Below are positions 1 to 9,621 of a DNA stretch of 43,505 nt, in pieces. The notes beneath the pieces were generated by a model that was given only the letters and a program-made list of their open reading frames with translations, was not told where the DNA came from and made no database searches. The DNA lies in NCBI GenBank assembly GCA_021783915.1, contig JAJXTI010000004.1:1-43505 (forward strand), given 5' to 3'. Both the position numbers and the translations under genes were made by a program. Positions within the stretch are counted from its first letter, which is position 1. Each line of letters starts with the position of its first letter. This DNA comes from a bacterium. GTDB taxonomy: Bacteria > Omnitrophota > Gorgyraeia > Zapsychrales > Fredricksoniimonadaceae.

Positions 1-1
1 A

Positions 2-877
2 ATGAGACAACAGGTTTGCGAGGCCATCAGAAAAGACTGGGGCCAGGCAGATTGTGTGATTTATTCTTTGGCTTCTCCCAGACGTACGGATCCCAAAACC
101 GGTCAACTTTATAAAAGTGTACTTAAACCTAAGGGTGCGGCGTATACAAATAAGAGTATTGATTTTGAATCCAATAAAGTAACGACCATAACCCTTGAAA
201 CAGCCACTGAGCAGGAAGTCCAAGATACCATAAGAGTCATGGGTGGGGAAGATTGGCAGTTATGGATTGAGGCTTTATCCAGTCAGAATTTATTGGCATC
301 TAAAGCGGTGACCATAGCCTATTCCTATATAGGTCCGGATGTGACGACCCCAGTTTATCGCAATGGTACTATAGGTGCGGCTAAAGATCATTTAGAGGCA
401 ACGGCCCACGTGCTTGATGAGTTTATGAAAAAGCAAAACGGGCGTGCCTTTGTTTCGGTCAATAAAGCCTTAGTGACGCAAAGCTCTTCGGCGATTCCTT
501 TTATTCCTTTATATTTTGTGATCTTGATGAAGGTCATGAAGGAGAAAGGGTTGCATGAAGATTGTATCCATCAAATTTATCGTTTGTTTGCAGACCGTTT
601 GTATAATAACCGTCCGTTTAATCAAATTCCCGTTGATGAAAAAGGCCGTATACGTATAGACGATTGGGAAATGCGTTCTGATGTGCAGGAAGAAGTGGCT
701 AAAATATGGACGACCATCAGTGATGAAGATATTCTGAAAGTTTCGGATGTCAAAGGCTATAATTCTGATTTTTTGAAGCTTTTCGGTTTTGGTCTTGCCG
801 GTGTGGATTATAATGCCGACGTCGATCCTCAGGTGCCAATACCTTCGATAGAGACCAGTTCCGCTTCTTTGAAGTAG
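2..877 (+). CDS. fabV: Enoyl-ACP reductase FabV / trans-2-enoyl-CoA reductase family, C-terminal part (5' end outside window)
   Basis: ORF is open at the window edge. Blocks YSLASPRRTDPKTG, AYSYIGP...YRNGTIGAAKDHLE and ALVTQSSSAIP match my recollection of the FabV/TER Tyr/Lys active-site region. Confidence 0.85.
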   Translation: MRQQVCEAIRKDWGQADCVIYSLASPRRTDPKTGQLYKSVLKPKGAAYTNKSIDFESNKVTTITLETATEQEVQDTIRVMGGEDWQLWIEALSSQNLLASKAVTIAYSYIGPDVTTPVYRNGTIGAAKDHLEATAHVLDEFMKKQNGRAFVSVNKALVTQSSSAIPFIPLYFVILMKVMKEKGLHEDCIHQIYRLFADRLYNNRPFNQIPVDEKGRIRIDDWEMRSDVQEEVAKIWTTISDEDILKVSDVKGYNSDFLKLFGFGLAGVDYNADVDPQVPIPSIETSSASLK

Positions 878-884
878 AATTCAT

Positions 885-913
885 TTGACAAAAACAGAGC
901 TATCGTTCATACT
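885..913 (+). promoter_or_regulatory. Candidate sigma70-type promoter for cspA
   Basis: TTGACA (885-890), 17 nt spacer, CATACT (908-913). This is the best -35/-10 pair between the fabV stop and the cspA start. Confidence 0.45.
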
Positions 914-945
914 AATTAAGAAGTAAATAAGGGAAAGAATCTTAG

Positions 946-980
946 AACCGCAAGGTGCAAGGTCGCCTGGCGGTTTTTTT
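946..980 (+). terminator. Intrinsic-terminator-like hairpin plus T-run (fabV terminator and/or attenuator within the cspA leader)
   Basis: AACCGC (946-951) pairs with GCGGTT (970-975), followed by a T-run to 980. It lies downstream of the predicted cspA promoter and about 58 nt upstream of the cspA ATG. Confidence 0.55.
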
Positions 981-1037
981 ACGTTCTGTTTTAGCCGTTA
1001 TTTACTCGAATGTTTAGAAAAAGGAGGTAGTAAAGTA

Positions 1038-1238
1038 ATGGCTAAAGGAACTGTAAAATGGTTTAGTGACCAAAAAGGTTTTGGCTTCATTACTCCTGAG
1101 TCAGGTAAAGATGTATTTGTCCATCACAGCGCAATTCAAGGTGAAGGATACAAATCATTGAGTGAAGGTCAAAAGGTTGAGTTTGATATCACAACTGGCC
1201 CTAAAGGGGAACAAGCTCAAAACGTAGTAAAAATATAA
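1038..1238 (+). CDS. cspA: Cold-shock protein, CspA family (66 aa)
   Basis: [21 protein letters not shown]...DVFVHHSAI carries the RNP1 (KGFGFI) and RNP2 (VFVHH) motifs. AGGAGG RBS lies 7-12 nt upstream. Confidence 0.97.
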   Translation: MAKGTVKWFSDQKGFGFITPESGKDVFVHHSAIQGEGYKSLSEGQKVEFDITTGPKGEQAQNVVKI

Positions 1239-1252
1239 GTTGTAGTAGAAAG

Positions 1253-1291
1253 AAGGCCTAGTCCTGCTTATAGCGGGGTTAGGCCTTTTTT
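1253..1291 (+). terminator. Rho-independent terminator of cspA
   Basis: AAGGCCTA (1253-1260) pairs perfectly with TAGGCCTT (1280-1287), followed by a T-run to 1291. Confidence 0.8.
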
Positions 1292-1368
1292 ATTGTCGCG
1301 AAAAAAACCTTGGCGTAAGCTCGGGGATGAAGCGATTCCTTGGTTGAGGGTTGAGCGTGTGATAAAGT

Positions 1369-1789
1369 ATGCGGATGAAATAGCGCAAACAAGGTCAGGC
1401 CGTCTACCATTCGCATTATCATATTGTGTTGTGTGCCCGATACCGGAGAAATATTTTTCGCAAAAGTATGGGGGAGTATTTGAAGAAAATGTGCCTGGGA
1501 ATCACGCGAGTGTATCCGGATATAGTGATCAAAGAAGCGAATTGCGATGAAGACCACATTCACCTGTTGATGAGACTCCCCCCGAAGATGGCGATAAGCT
1601 GGGTGGTGAATGTGTTGAAATCGAATACAGCGCGGTCAGAAGTACCTGTTTTTGAAGAAACTGTATCCAAAGAAGGCTGAGATGTGGAGTGTCGGGTATT
1701 TTGTCTCAACGGTTGGAGTCAACGAACAAGTGATCGCAGCGTATATTCGGTGCCATAGGGAAAGAAGGCCAAGGACAAGTGAAGCTTGA
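1369..1789 (+). pseudogene. tnpA: IS200/IS605-family Y1 transposase (TnpA) remnant, disrupted
   Basis: Frame 1 reads MRMK*RKQGQAVYHSHYHIVLCARYRRNIF...DEDHIHLLMRLPPKMAISWVVNVLKSNTAR (HUH motif, typical N-terminal YHIV..YRR). The C-terminal ...KYLFLKKLYPKKAEMWSVGYFVSTVGVNEQVIAAYI continues in frame 2 to the stop at 1787-1789. That gives one in-frame TAG at 1381-1383 and one frameshift near 1636-1645. No tnpB is adjacent. Confidence 0.75.
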
Positions 1790-1928
1790 CTTGTGAGAAC
1801 TATAAAATACCACGTCCGTGAGGGTGTGGAAATTTATGAAGTAATGCTTACCAAAGAGATCTTTAGAATGGCCCTCGGTGCTGGCAATCTAAGAATTTTC
1901 CGAGTGGTCAAGATTTTTGAATTCCTCG

Positions 1929-1957
1929 TTGACACTCCGTCGAAAAATTAATACATT
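1929..1957 (+). promoter_or_regulatory. Candidate sigma70-type promoter for smc
   Basis: TTGACA (1929-1934), 17 nt spacer, TACATT (1952-1957). Confidence 0.45.
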
Positions 1958-2025
1958 GATGATGTTAATAGGTGCATGACCTGCAGCTTTGTATTGCGAT
2001 GTTAAATTCTTAATGGAGGAAGATT

Positions 2026-5000
2026 GTGTATCTTAAACGTCTCGAAATTTTTGGTTTTAAATCTTTCGCGGAAAAGACTGTCCTTGATTTTCAAAAAGGG
2101 ACTTCTGTCATCGTCGGCCCCAATGGTTGCGGCAAGAGCAATGTGTTCGATGCTGTCCGTTGGGTTTTAGGCGAGCAAAGCAGTAAAGAACTACGTGGGT
2201 CGTCGATGGAAGACGTTATTTTTAACGGCACAGATAAAAGACCGGCCCTTGGTTTTTCGGAAGTTTCTTTAGTTTTTTCCAACGAATCTAAAATTCTTCC
2301 CGTTGATCATGAAGAAGTGATTATCACTCGCCGTTTGTTTCGCTCTGGGGAGAGCGAATATCTCATTAATAAAAATGTCTGCCGTCTTCGTGATATTGTG
2401 GAAATGTTTTTAGGGACAGGTGTCGGTGCAGAGGCCTATTCGCTTATCCAACAAGGCAAAGTCGATCTAGTCGTTTCTGCTAAACCCGATGACCGCCGTC
2501 AGATTTTTGATGAAGCTGCTGGAATTACCAAATACAAGGCCAAGAAAAAAGAAGCTTTAAGCAAATTAAAAGAGACTGAAGATAATCTGGTGCGGTTAAA
2601 TGATATTGTGGTTGAAGTTAAACGTCAAATCGCAACAATCGAGCGTCAAGCCAAAAAGGCGCAACGTTACAAGGAAGAGTTTGAACAGTTAAAGAATTTT
2701 GAGCTTATCATGGCCGCTCATCAAATAGCTATTTTTACTGGGGAATTTGAAACGATTACCGTCGCCTTAGAGAATTTTCAAAACAAAGAACAGGGTGCTT
2801 TACGCCAATTAGAAGAATTTAATCAACTCATTGAGCATGAAACAGCACTTATCGAAGAGCTTGATGAAAGAATCAGTAGTTTAAAAGCTGATCAAATCCG
2901 TTTGGATAATGATATTGAGGTCAATGTCCGTCAAATCGGTTTTAATGAAGAGCGCCTTCAAAATTTTGACCAGACCATCGTTCGTCTGGAAGCTGAAAAA
3001 AGAGAGATCTTACAGCGGTGCGCAAGCCATCAGGGTAAGATTGAAGAAATTAAAATTCAATTGGCTCAGTTTGTTGAATCTTTAAGCGTTTCTGCCAATC
3101 AATTGGAAGAAAAACGTCGCGGATTGAATGCTTTGATGATACTTATTGAGGAAGCCAATGCCGCTATAAAGGTCAGTGAGGAAAAGACTTTTGCCCTTAA
3201 CGCCCAGGAAGTACGCTTTAAAAATCAATTAACTGAAAACATGAAACGTGCTATGGAGCAAAACGCACGTAAAATCCGTCTGGAGCAAGAAAACAGTAAA
3301 GTCGTACAAGAGAAATCCGCAGTGAATGAGAAGTTTGAAGCCATAGGCTCCGCTATTGCTGTAGTGGGGATTCAGTTAGAAGAGCAAAAGACCTCACTGG
3401 AGCGCCATCGTCAGACTGAAGTAAATTTAAAGAGCCAATTGTCCACTTGCAAGTCAAAGATTGACGAGCTTGAGAAGTCCAGAGTGTTTTTATTGTCACA
3501 AAAAGATTTTATCACCAAAATGCAGCATCAGTACCAGGATAACCCTGACCCTGTAGTTGAGGGACGTTTTATCGTAGCTGTTAAACCTTGGGAACATCAA
3601 ACGGGTATTATCGGTAAAATCAAAAGTATTCAGGAGGTTTCCGGAGGCTATGAGATTATTTATGAAACTAAATATGTAGAATTAGACTTGGCCTATATGG
3701 ATGACCGTATAGCGGCGACGGATACTGAATTGGTCGCTCAAAACGGTCAAAAGGACGGCCTTAATCGCAGTATTAATGGGCTTAATGCCATTATTGATAC
3801 GATTTTAAAGGACATACAACAACAAGAGAAGAAATTTTCTATTTTAGAATCCCAGAAAAATGATATTGAATTGGAATCCGATAAGATCGTTGGAGAATTA
3901 GATTTAATCAGTACGGAATTTTCTCAAATTGAATCTGCCCTTGCAGATTTGAAAGCCCAAGAGGCCCAATTGTCTGTGCAATTACGCAATATTAGCGGCC
4001 AAATTGTTCTTATCCAGGAAGAGATCAAAGTTAAACAAGAAGATATTGCCCGTAAACATCAAGAGCGTGAAGATTGGAATGTCATCATCGTGCAACTCGA
4101 GTCGCAGCTTAATACTGTACGGAACCAACAGCAAAATGCTCAAGAGAATTTGAATCTTCACGCCCAGAATTTGGAGCATGATTTATCTGATATTAGCCGT
4201 TTTGACCATGAGATACAGGAATCTGCTTCGAAAAAGATCAAAATCAATGAGGACATTGCCAATCTGCATATAGCTATAGAACATTTGAAAACCAAGAAAA
4301 AAGGGTTAACCTCCGAACTTAACCAGTCTTTGGCTCAGAAGGCAGAAATGTCGCAACGTTTGTCCGGTATTCGTCATAATGCTAAAGCTATTGAGGATGA
4401 AATTATTCAATCTAAAACAGATCTTCACAATTTACAAATGCGGCAGCAAGAACTGCAGTTTAATCAGCGTTCCCTAAAAGAACGTCTTTTGCAAACCTAT
4501 AAAATTGATTGGGATCAGTGGCAAGCTCAAAGCATACCACCTCAAGTAACACCTCAAATGCAAGTGCCGCCAATTGTATCTAAACGGGGTGAGGGGCAGG
4601 TATCTGATCAAACGCTGCCCCAGGTCAACTATGAAGAGTTAGTCACTGAAATTGAACGTTTAAAGAAGCGTTGTGAATCCTATGGGGTAGTTAACTTGGT
4701 AGCTATCGAAGAATTTGATGAACTAAAGAATCGTTTTGAATTTTTGACCAAACAACAAAGTGATCTTTTGACTGCCCGTGAGCAATTAATGTCAACCATC
4801 CAAAAAATTAACCGTACGACCCGACAGATGTTTACGGACACATTTACCAAGGTCAATGAGGAGTTTCAAGTCTATTTTCGTATGCTTTTTGGCGGCGGGG
4901 AGGCCCAACTGGTTCTTTTGGATCCTGAAAATGCCTTGGAAAGTGGTATTGATATTGTTGCCCGTCCACCGGGCAAGAAACTTCAAAATATCAGCCTCCT

Positions 5001-5337
5001 TTCCGGTGGAGAAAAAACTTTGACGGCCATAGCCCTTATCTTTGGTGTATTTAAGGTCAATCCTTCACCATTTTGCGTATTGGACGAGATTGATGCGGCC
5101 TTGGATGAAAGCAATGTCGGTCGTTTTGCTAACCTTTTAAAAACATTTGCTAAAGTTGCCCAGTTTGTAGTTATTACCCACAATAAAAAAACTATGGCGA
5201 TTGCTGATATCATGTATGGGGTAACCATGCAGGAGCGTGGTGTTTCTCGTATCGTATCGGTCAAATTCAACGAATATCAAGCCCCGATGCCTCCTTCTAA
5301 AGCTCCTGAGCCTATGGAAACCGCAGTTGTTGCATAA
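2026..5337 (+). CDS. smc: Chromosome segregation protein SMC (1103 aa)
   Basis: GTG start preceded by GGAGGA. N-terminal Walker A FKSF...GPNGCGKSN, long coiled-coil with central hinge, C-terminal signature LSGGEKTLTAIALIF and Walker B FCVLDEIDAALD. Confidence 0.97.
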   Translation: MYLKRLEIFGFKSFAEKTVLDFQKGTSVIVGPNGCGKSNVFDAVRWVLGEQSSKELRGSSMEDVIFNGTDKRPALGFSEVSLVFSNESKILPVDHEEVIITRRLFRSGESEYLINKNVCRLRDIVEMFLGTGVGAEAYSLIQQGKVDLVVSAKPDDRRQIFDEAAGITKYKAKKKEALSKLKETEDNLVRLNDIVVEVKRQIATIERQAKKAQRYKEEFEQLKNFELIMAAHQIAIFTGEFETITVALENFQNKEQGALRQLEEFNQLIEHETALIEELDERISSLKADQIRLDNDIEVNVRQIGFNEERLQNFDQTIVRLEAEKREILQRCASHQGKIEEIKIQLAQFVESLSVSANQLEEKRRGLNALMILIEEANAAIKVSEEKTFALNAQEVRFKNQLTENMKRAMEQNARKIRLEQENSKVVQEKSAVNEKFEAIGSAIAVVGIQLEEQKTSLERHRQTEVNLKSQLSTCKSKIDELEKSRVFLLSQKDFITKMQHQYQDNPDPVVEGRFIVAVKPWEHQTGIIGKIKSIQEVSGGYEIIYETKYVELDLAYMDDRIAATDTELVAQNGQKDGLNRSINGLNAIIDTILKDIQQQEKKFSILESQKNDIELESDKIVGELDLISTEFSQIESALADLKAQEAQLSVQLRNISGQIVLIQEEIKVKQEDIARKHQEREDWNVIIVQLESQLNTVRNQQQNAQENLNLHAQNLEHDLSDISRFDHEIQESASKKIKINEDIANLHIAIEHLKTKKKGLTSELNQSLAQKAEMSQRLSGIRHNAKAIEDEIIQSKTDLHNLQMRQQELQFNQRSLKERLLQTYKIDWDQWQAQSIPPQVTPQMQVPPIVSKRGEGQVSDQTLPQVNYEELVTEIERLKKRCESYGVVNLVAIEEFDELKNRFEFLTKQQSDLLTAREQLMSTIQKINRTTRQMFTDTFTKVNEEFQVYFRMLFGGGEAQLVLLDPENALESGIDIVARPPGKKLQNISLLSGGEKTLTAIALIFGVFKVNPSPFCVLDEIDAALDESNVGRFANLLKTFAKVAQFVVITHNKKTMAIADIMYGVTMQERGVSRIVSVKFNEYQAPMPPSKAPEPMETAVVA

Positions 5338-5349
5338 GTCCCTAGAAAA

Positions 5350-5378
5350 AGCATTAAAAGAAAATGCTATCTTTTTTT
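5350..5378 (+). terminator. Weak terminator-like hairpin after smc
   Basis: AGCATT (5350-5355) pairs with AATGCT (5363-5368), followed by ATCTTTTTTT. The stem is short and AT-rich. Confidence 0.35.
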
Positions 5379-5456
5379 AAGTTCTTATGCTATAACTCTA
5401 TACTTATCAGTAAGATAAAGTCTTTTAAAAACCTTAATAATGCGGGGAGCGGTTCC

Positions 5457-5485
5457 TTGACACTCTCCAGGTAGCATGTTATACT
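5457..5485 (+). promoter_or_regulatory. Candidate sigma70-type promoter for cvpA-dnaG-rpoD
   Basis: TTGACA (5457-5462), 17 nt spacer, TATACT (5480-5485). Confidence 0.55.
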
Positions 5486-5503
5486 TCATTCAAGTTCCCA
5501 GAA

Positions 5504-6097
5504 ATGAACACATTTACACATATTCTTGCAACTATTAACTGGGTTGATGTAGCGATGTTGGTTTTGTTCATCCGAATTGTTTTTATCGGAGTCAAAACCG
5601 GTTTTGTGACAGAGCTTTTCAAGCTTTTAGGGGTATTTTGTGCGGTCTTCGTAGGTTTGCATTATTATGCATCCTTGGCCATTTTCGTCACCAAAAAGAC
5701 CAATTGGTCGATTGATTTCTTGGAATTTTTGTTTTTTGTTTTATTAGTTTGTTTAATGGTTCTTGTAATTAAGTTTTTACGTGATGGTTTTTTTGTATTG
5801 TTTAAATTTGAAAGTACCCACGCAGGGCTTAACCAATGGGGAGCTGGACTTTTTGCAGTAATCAGGGCTTTATTTTTAGCAAGCCTTATTATGTATACGA
5901 TTTTGCTGACACACGTTGAATGGCTACAAAGACAGGCCTTGACGTCCGTTTCACAAAAAGTAGCGCTAAAAGCGGCCCCTGATACATACAGTTTTGTTTA
6001 TCATCATTTTATAGGTAAAATTTTTACAAAAGAGAAGTTTAACGAAGATGTTTTCAATGTGATCTCGCGTAATAGCATTGGTCGAAGATCGTTTTAG
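5504..6097 (+). CDS. cvpA: CvpA-family (colicin V production) integral membrane protein
   Basis: N-terminus INWVDVAMLVLFIRIVFIGVKTGFVTELFKLLGVFCAVFVGLHYY parallels the E. coli CvpA N-terminus as I recall it. Four or more hydrophobic segments. Confidence 0.7.
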   Translation: MNTFTHILATINWVDVAMLVLFIRIVFIGVKTGFVTELFKLLGVFCAVFVGLHYYASLAIFVTKKTNWSIDFLEFLFFVLLVCLMVLVIKFLRDGFFVLFKFESTHAGLNQWGAGLFAVIRALFLASLIMYTILLTHVEWLQRQALTSVSQKVALKAAPDTYSFVYHHFIGKIFTKEKFNEDVFNVISRNSIGRRSF

Positions 6098-6150
6098 CGT
6101 TTGAAGGGTTTGTAAGTTCCCGTCAGAAACGGAGTGGGGGAGTTTAGTAC

Positions 6151-7917
6151 GTGGGGTTAATCGCAGAAGATATTATTCGAGGGATTATTGACCGAAGCGA
6201 TATCATCAGTGTGATTGGCCGTTACGCAGCACTCAAGAAATACGGAAGCAATTTTAAAGCTCTTTGTCCATTTCATCATGAGAAAACGCCATCATTCGTA
6301 ATCAATCCTGATAAGCAGATTTTTCATTGTTTCGGCTGTGGGGCTGGCGGTAATGTGGTTGGATTTATCATGCGTCAGGAGCGTTTGGAATTCCCTCAAG
6401 CGGTTCGTTTCTTGGCAGAACAGGCGGGAATTGATATCCCCGAGGATCAGCAGACTAGCTCAAGCCCATCCAAGCAACTTAGGGAAGAGATTTGTAAAAT
6501 TAACGAATGGGCTTCCCAATTTTTTCATGAGATACTTTTAACGAACCGTGAAGAAACGGTTAAAGCAGCTCGAGATTATCTTAAAGGCCGTTCAGTTGAT
6601 TTGGAAATAGTCAGAAAGTTTCGTTTAGGGTATGCCCCTGATGAATGGGAAGCGCTCATAGGAGTTTTAAAACATAAAGGTATTTCATTAGAAGTTATGC
6701 ATCAGGCGGGTTTAGTTATCCCCCGTGAAAAAGGCGGCTATTACGACAGGTTTCGTGGCCGCATTATTTTTCCGATTTTTGACATTAATAATCGCCCGGT
6801 CGCTTTCGGGGCTCGTGCTTTATCGACAAGCGAAGGGGCTAAATATATCAACTCTCCCGAGACACCAGTATATACAAAAGGTCGGCATTTATTTGGTCTG
6901 AATTTGACCAAAACGTCCGTTGGAGAACTCGATCACATCGTAATTGTCGAAGGGTATATGGACATGATCATGCCCTTCGTTCATGGAGTTAAGAATATAG
7001 CGGCTTCCCTTGGTACGGCCTTGACCGTCGACCAAATAAGACTAATTCGCCGTTACAGTTCCAATGTGATTATGCTCTTTGATACAGACCCCGCAGGTCA
7101 AGCTGCTATCATACGCTCGCTTGATCTACTTATTGATGAAGGGATGAATGTAAAAGTGGTTACTTTGGTTCAAGATCAAGATCCGGATTCATTTATCCGT
7201 TCCTTTGGTCTAGACGCTTTTAACGAGCGGTTAAAACGGGCGCAAACGTTGTTTGACTATAAATTCAACTGGCTTTGTGGCCAATTCGATCCAAAGTCGA
7301 TTGATGGTAAAACTAAAATTTGCCAGGAAATGCTTACAACGATTGTCCGCTTTAAATCTGAGGTGACTAAGTTTGAATTGATGCGTCTTTTGGCCAAACA
7401 ATTAAATGTGCCTGAGGAAATCATCACTAAGCAGGCCCAAAATCAAAACTCTTCAAAGCCCAAGCCTGTCATTAAACAGACAGCAGCCAAGGTAAGCGAA
7501 GCTCCCAAATCGTATGAGGAACTTTTAATTACGTTGTTTTTGGAAGATCACAATTGGGCCCAAAAAGCTCGAGAACTTATTAGCCCAATTGATTTTACCG
7601 AAGGTCTGGTGAGGGATATTGTTCAAAAGATTTGGCAAATGACTCAAGAGAATCTTGAATGGGAGACGTCCCGACTTTTGTCCCAGTTTCCCCAGGAAGC
7701 GGCACAAAGTTTCATTGCCAAATTATTAACTGATGCTAATGCTCGTATTAAAGAGCCTCAACGTCTTTTTCATGACTGTATCGGACGTATTCATAAAGAG
7801 CGCCTTAAAATACAAAAAAAAGAACTCATGGACAAAATCAAAGAGGCAGAAAACTGTGGAGATGCGGTAACAGTTGAAGAATTGCGGGCCAAATTTCAAG
7901 AACTTATAAAAACGTAG
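6151..7917 (+). CDS. dnaG: DNA primase DnaG
   Basis: GTG start after GGGGGAG. Zinc ribbon [11 protein letters not shown]...[15 protein letters not shown]-polymerase core, TOPRIM block VIVEGYMD...[12 protein letters not shown]. Confidence 0.97.
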   Translation: MGLIAEDIIRGIIDRSDIISVIGRYAALKKYGSNFKALCPFHHEKTPSFVINPDKQIFHCFGCGAGGNVVGFIMRQERLEFPQAVRFLAEQAGIDIPEDQQTSSSPSKQLREEICKINEWASQFFHEILLTNREETVKAARDYLKGRSVDLEIVRKFRLGYAPDEWEALIGVLKHKGISLEVMHQAGLVIPREKGGYYDRFRGRIIFPIFDINNRPVAFGARALSTSEGAKYINSPETPVYTKGRHLFGLNLTKTSVGELDHIVIVEGYMDMIMPFVHGVKNIAASLGTALTVDQIRLIRRYSSNVIMLFDTDPAGQAAIIRSLDLLIDEGMNVKVVTLVQDQDPDSFIRSFGLDAFNERLKRAQTLFDYKFNWLCGQFDPKSIDGKTKICQEMLTTIVRFKSEVTKFELMRLLAKQLNVPEEIITKQAQNQNSSKPKPVIKQTAAKVSEAPKSYEELLITLFLEDHNWAQKARELISPIDFTEGLVRDIVQKIWQMTQENLEWETSRLLSQFPQEAAQSFIAKLLTDANARIKEPQRLFHDCIGRIHKERLKIQKKELMDKIKEAENCGDAVTVEELRAKFQELIKT

Positions 7918-7939
7918 TTTAACTAAACAGAGGTTTAAC

Positions 7940-9535
7940 ATGGCAGAACAAGTTAAAGACAGAGACATACAAGGCGATTTGGATAAATTGGTGTCCTTGG
8001 GTAAAAAGAAGGGATTTTTAACCTACGATGAGGTTAACGAAACTCTTTCTGATGCGATTGACTCTTCCGATGACATAGACCAAGTTTTTGATATTTTGGA
8101 TGGCCAGGAAATTAAAGTCGTCGATTCCGATGAAGAGGCTCCTGTGACGGAAGAAACTAATAATGAAGAAAGCCGTGAGCAGCAGGTGCGCCGCGTAAGG
8201 GAAGAAAATAAAGAGGAAGATGTTTATTCCGATAAATTTATTCCGCTTGATGACCCTGTGAAGATGTATTTGAAACAGATGGGTTCCATTCCACTTTTGA
8301 CACGCGAGGAAGAAATTTCTTTGGCCAAGCGTATCGAAGAGGCGGAAATGAAATTTGCGGAGGCATTGTTCAAGACGTATTTCGCACGCAAAGAAGCTAT
8401 TGCCATGATCAATGCTGTCTTGCGCGAAGAAATTAACGCTGAAGACGTGATTAAAGACGAGTTGGAACGTCGTGGCCGCTTGGTCAAAGATTTGGCTAAG
8501 ATTTTAGAGCGCGTGCGTCATACCCGTGTGGGTTCGGATATTTCTGCTAAATCTATTGCTGAATTTAAATTGACGTCGACAGTCAACGAAGAGATTGTCG
8601 TGAAAATCACCGAAATTATTGAGAACATTGAACGCATTGATCGCATTTTAAAGGCCAAGAAAAACGCACTTAATGCGCCGGAATTTAAAAAGCAAAAGCT
8701 TGCGCTTTTAAAAGAATTGGGGGAACCAGTTGATCGGGTTAAAAATCAGTTGCGCGAAATCAAAACCCGTCAGTCGCGTTTTAACAAGGCCAAAAAACTT
8801 TTGGTTGAGGCCAACTTGCGTTTAGTGGTTTCTATCGCCAAAAAGTACATCAACCGTGGGCTCTCGTTCCTGGACTTGATTCAGGAGGGTAATATGGGTT
8901 TAATCCGCGCAGTAGAAAAGTTTGAATATAAGCGTGGGTATAAATTCTCGACATACGCCACCTGGTGGATTCGTCAAGCCATTACCCGTTCTATTGCCGA
9001 CCAGGCCAGGACCATCCGTATACCTGTTCATATGACAGAGACAATTAATAAAATTATCCGTGTCTCGCGCGTGTTCGTGCAGGAGTATGGCAGGGAACCT
9101 TCTGCTCAGGAAATCGCTAAAGAAATGCGTATGCCTATTACTAAGGTCAAAGAGATTTTAAAAATTTCCCAGGTGCCTATTTCTTTACAGACCCCGATAG
9201 GAGATGAAGGGGACACGCATTTTGGTGATTTTATTGAAGACAAAAAGGCAGTGTCTCCGGCCAATGCCACATTGCATTCAATGCTAAAAGATGAAATTAC
9301 ATCCGTTCTGCAAACTTTGGATGAACGTGAACGTAAGATTTTGGAATTGCGTTTTGGGATTCATGACGGCACAGGCCGCACTCTTGAAGAAGTTGGGGCT
9401 GAATTTAACGTCACCCGTGAACGTGTACGTCAGATTGAATCTAAGGCTCTTCGAAAGTTGCGTCATCCTACAAGGTCGCGTCGCATTAAGTCTTTCTTGG
9501 ATATGGCCGCCAAAGATGCTGATGTGATTATCTAA
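7940..9535 (+). CDS. rpoD: RNA polymerase primary sigma factor RpoD
   Basis: Acidic region 1, region 2 [38 protein letters not shown], region 4 [30 protein letters not shown]. Confidence 0.98.
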   Translation: MAEQVKDRDIQGDLDKLVSLGKKKGFLTYDEVNETLSDAIDSSDDIDQVFDILDGQEIKVVDSDEEAPVTEETNNEESREQQVRRVREENKEEDVYSDKFIPLDDPVKMYLKQMGSIPLLTREEEISLAKRIEEAEMKFAEALFKTYFARKEAIAMINAVLREEINAEDVIKDELERRGRLVKDLAKILERVRHTRVGSDISAKSIAEFKLTSTVNEEIVVKITEIIENIERIDRILKAKKNALNAPEFKKQKLALLKELGEPVDRVKNQLREIKTRQSRFNKAKKLLVEANLRLVVSIAKKYINRGLSFLDLIQEGNMGLIRAVEKFEYKRGYKFSTYATWWIRQAITRSIADQARTIRIPVHMTETINKIIRVSRVFVQEYGREPSAQEIAKEMRMPITKVKEILKISQVPISLQTPIGDEGDTHFGDFIEDKKAVSPANATLHSMLKDEITSVLQTLDERERKILELRFGIHDGTGRTLEEVGAEFNVTRERVRQIESKALRKLRHPTRSRRIKSFLDMAAKDADVII

Positions 9536-9563
9536 GGTAGGGATAAAATATGAAGACAAAAAA

Positions 9564-9594
9564 AGCCATTGGGAAAGATCCAATGGCTTTTTTT
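9564..9594 (+). terminator. Rho-independent terminator of rpoD
   Basis: AGCCATTGG (9564-9572) pairs perfectly with CCAATGGCT (9580-9588), followed by a T-run to 9594. Confidence 0.85.
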
Positions 9595-9621
9595 GTCTGA
9601 ACATAAGACGGGAATAAGTAA

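Noticed and set aside
1279-1680. Track ORFs 1279-1563 (-), 1293-1550 (+) and 1426-1680 (+) taken as separate genes
   Set aside because: All are fragments or shadows of a single decayed IS200-type tnpA. Only the combined two-frame reading reproduces the family sequence.
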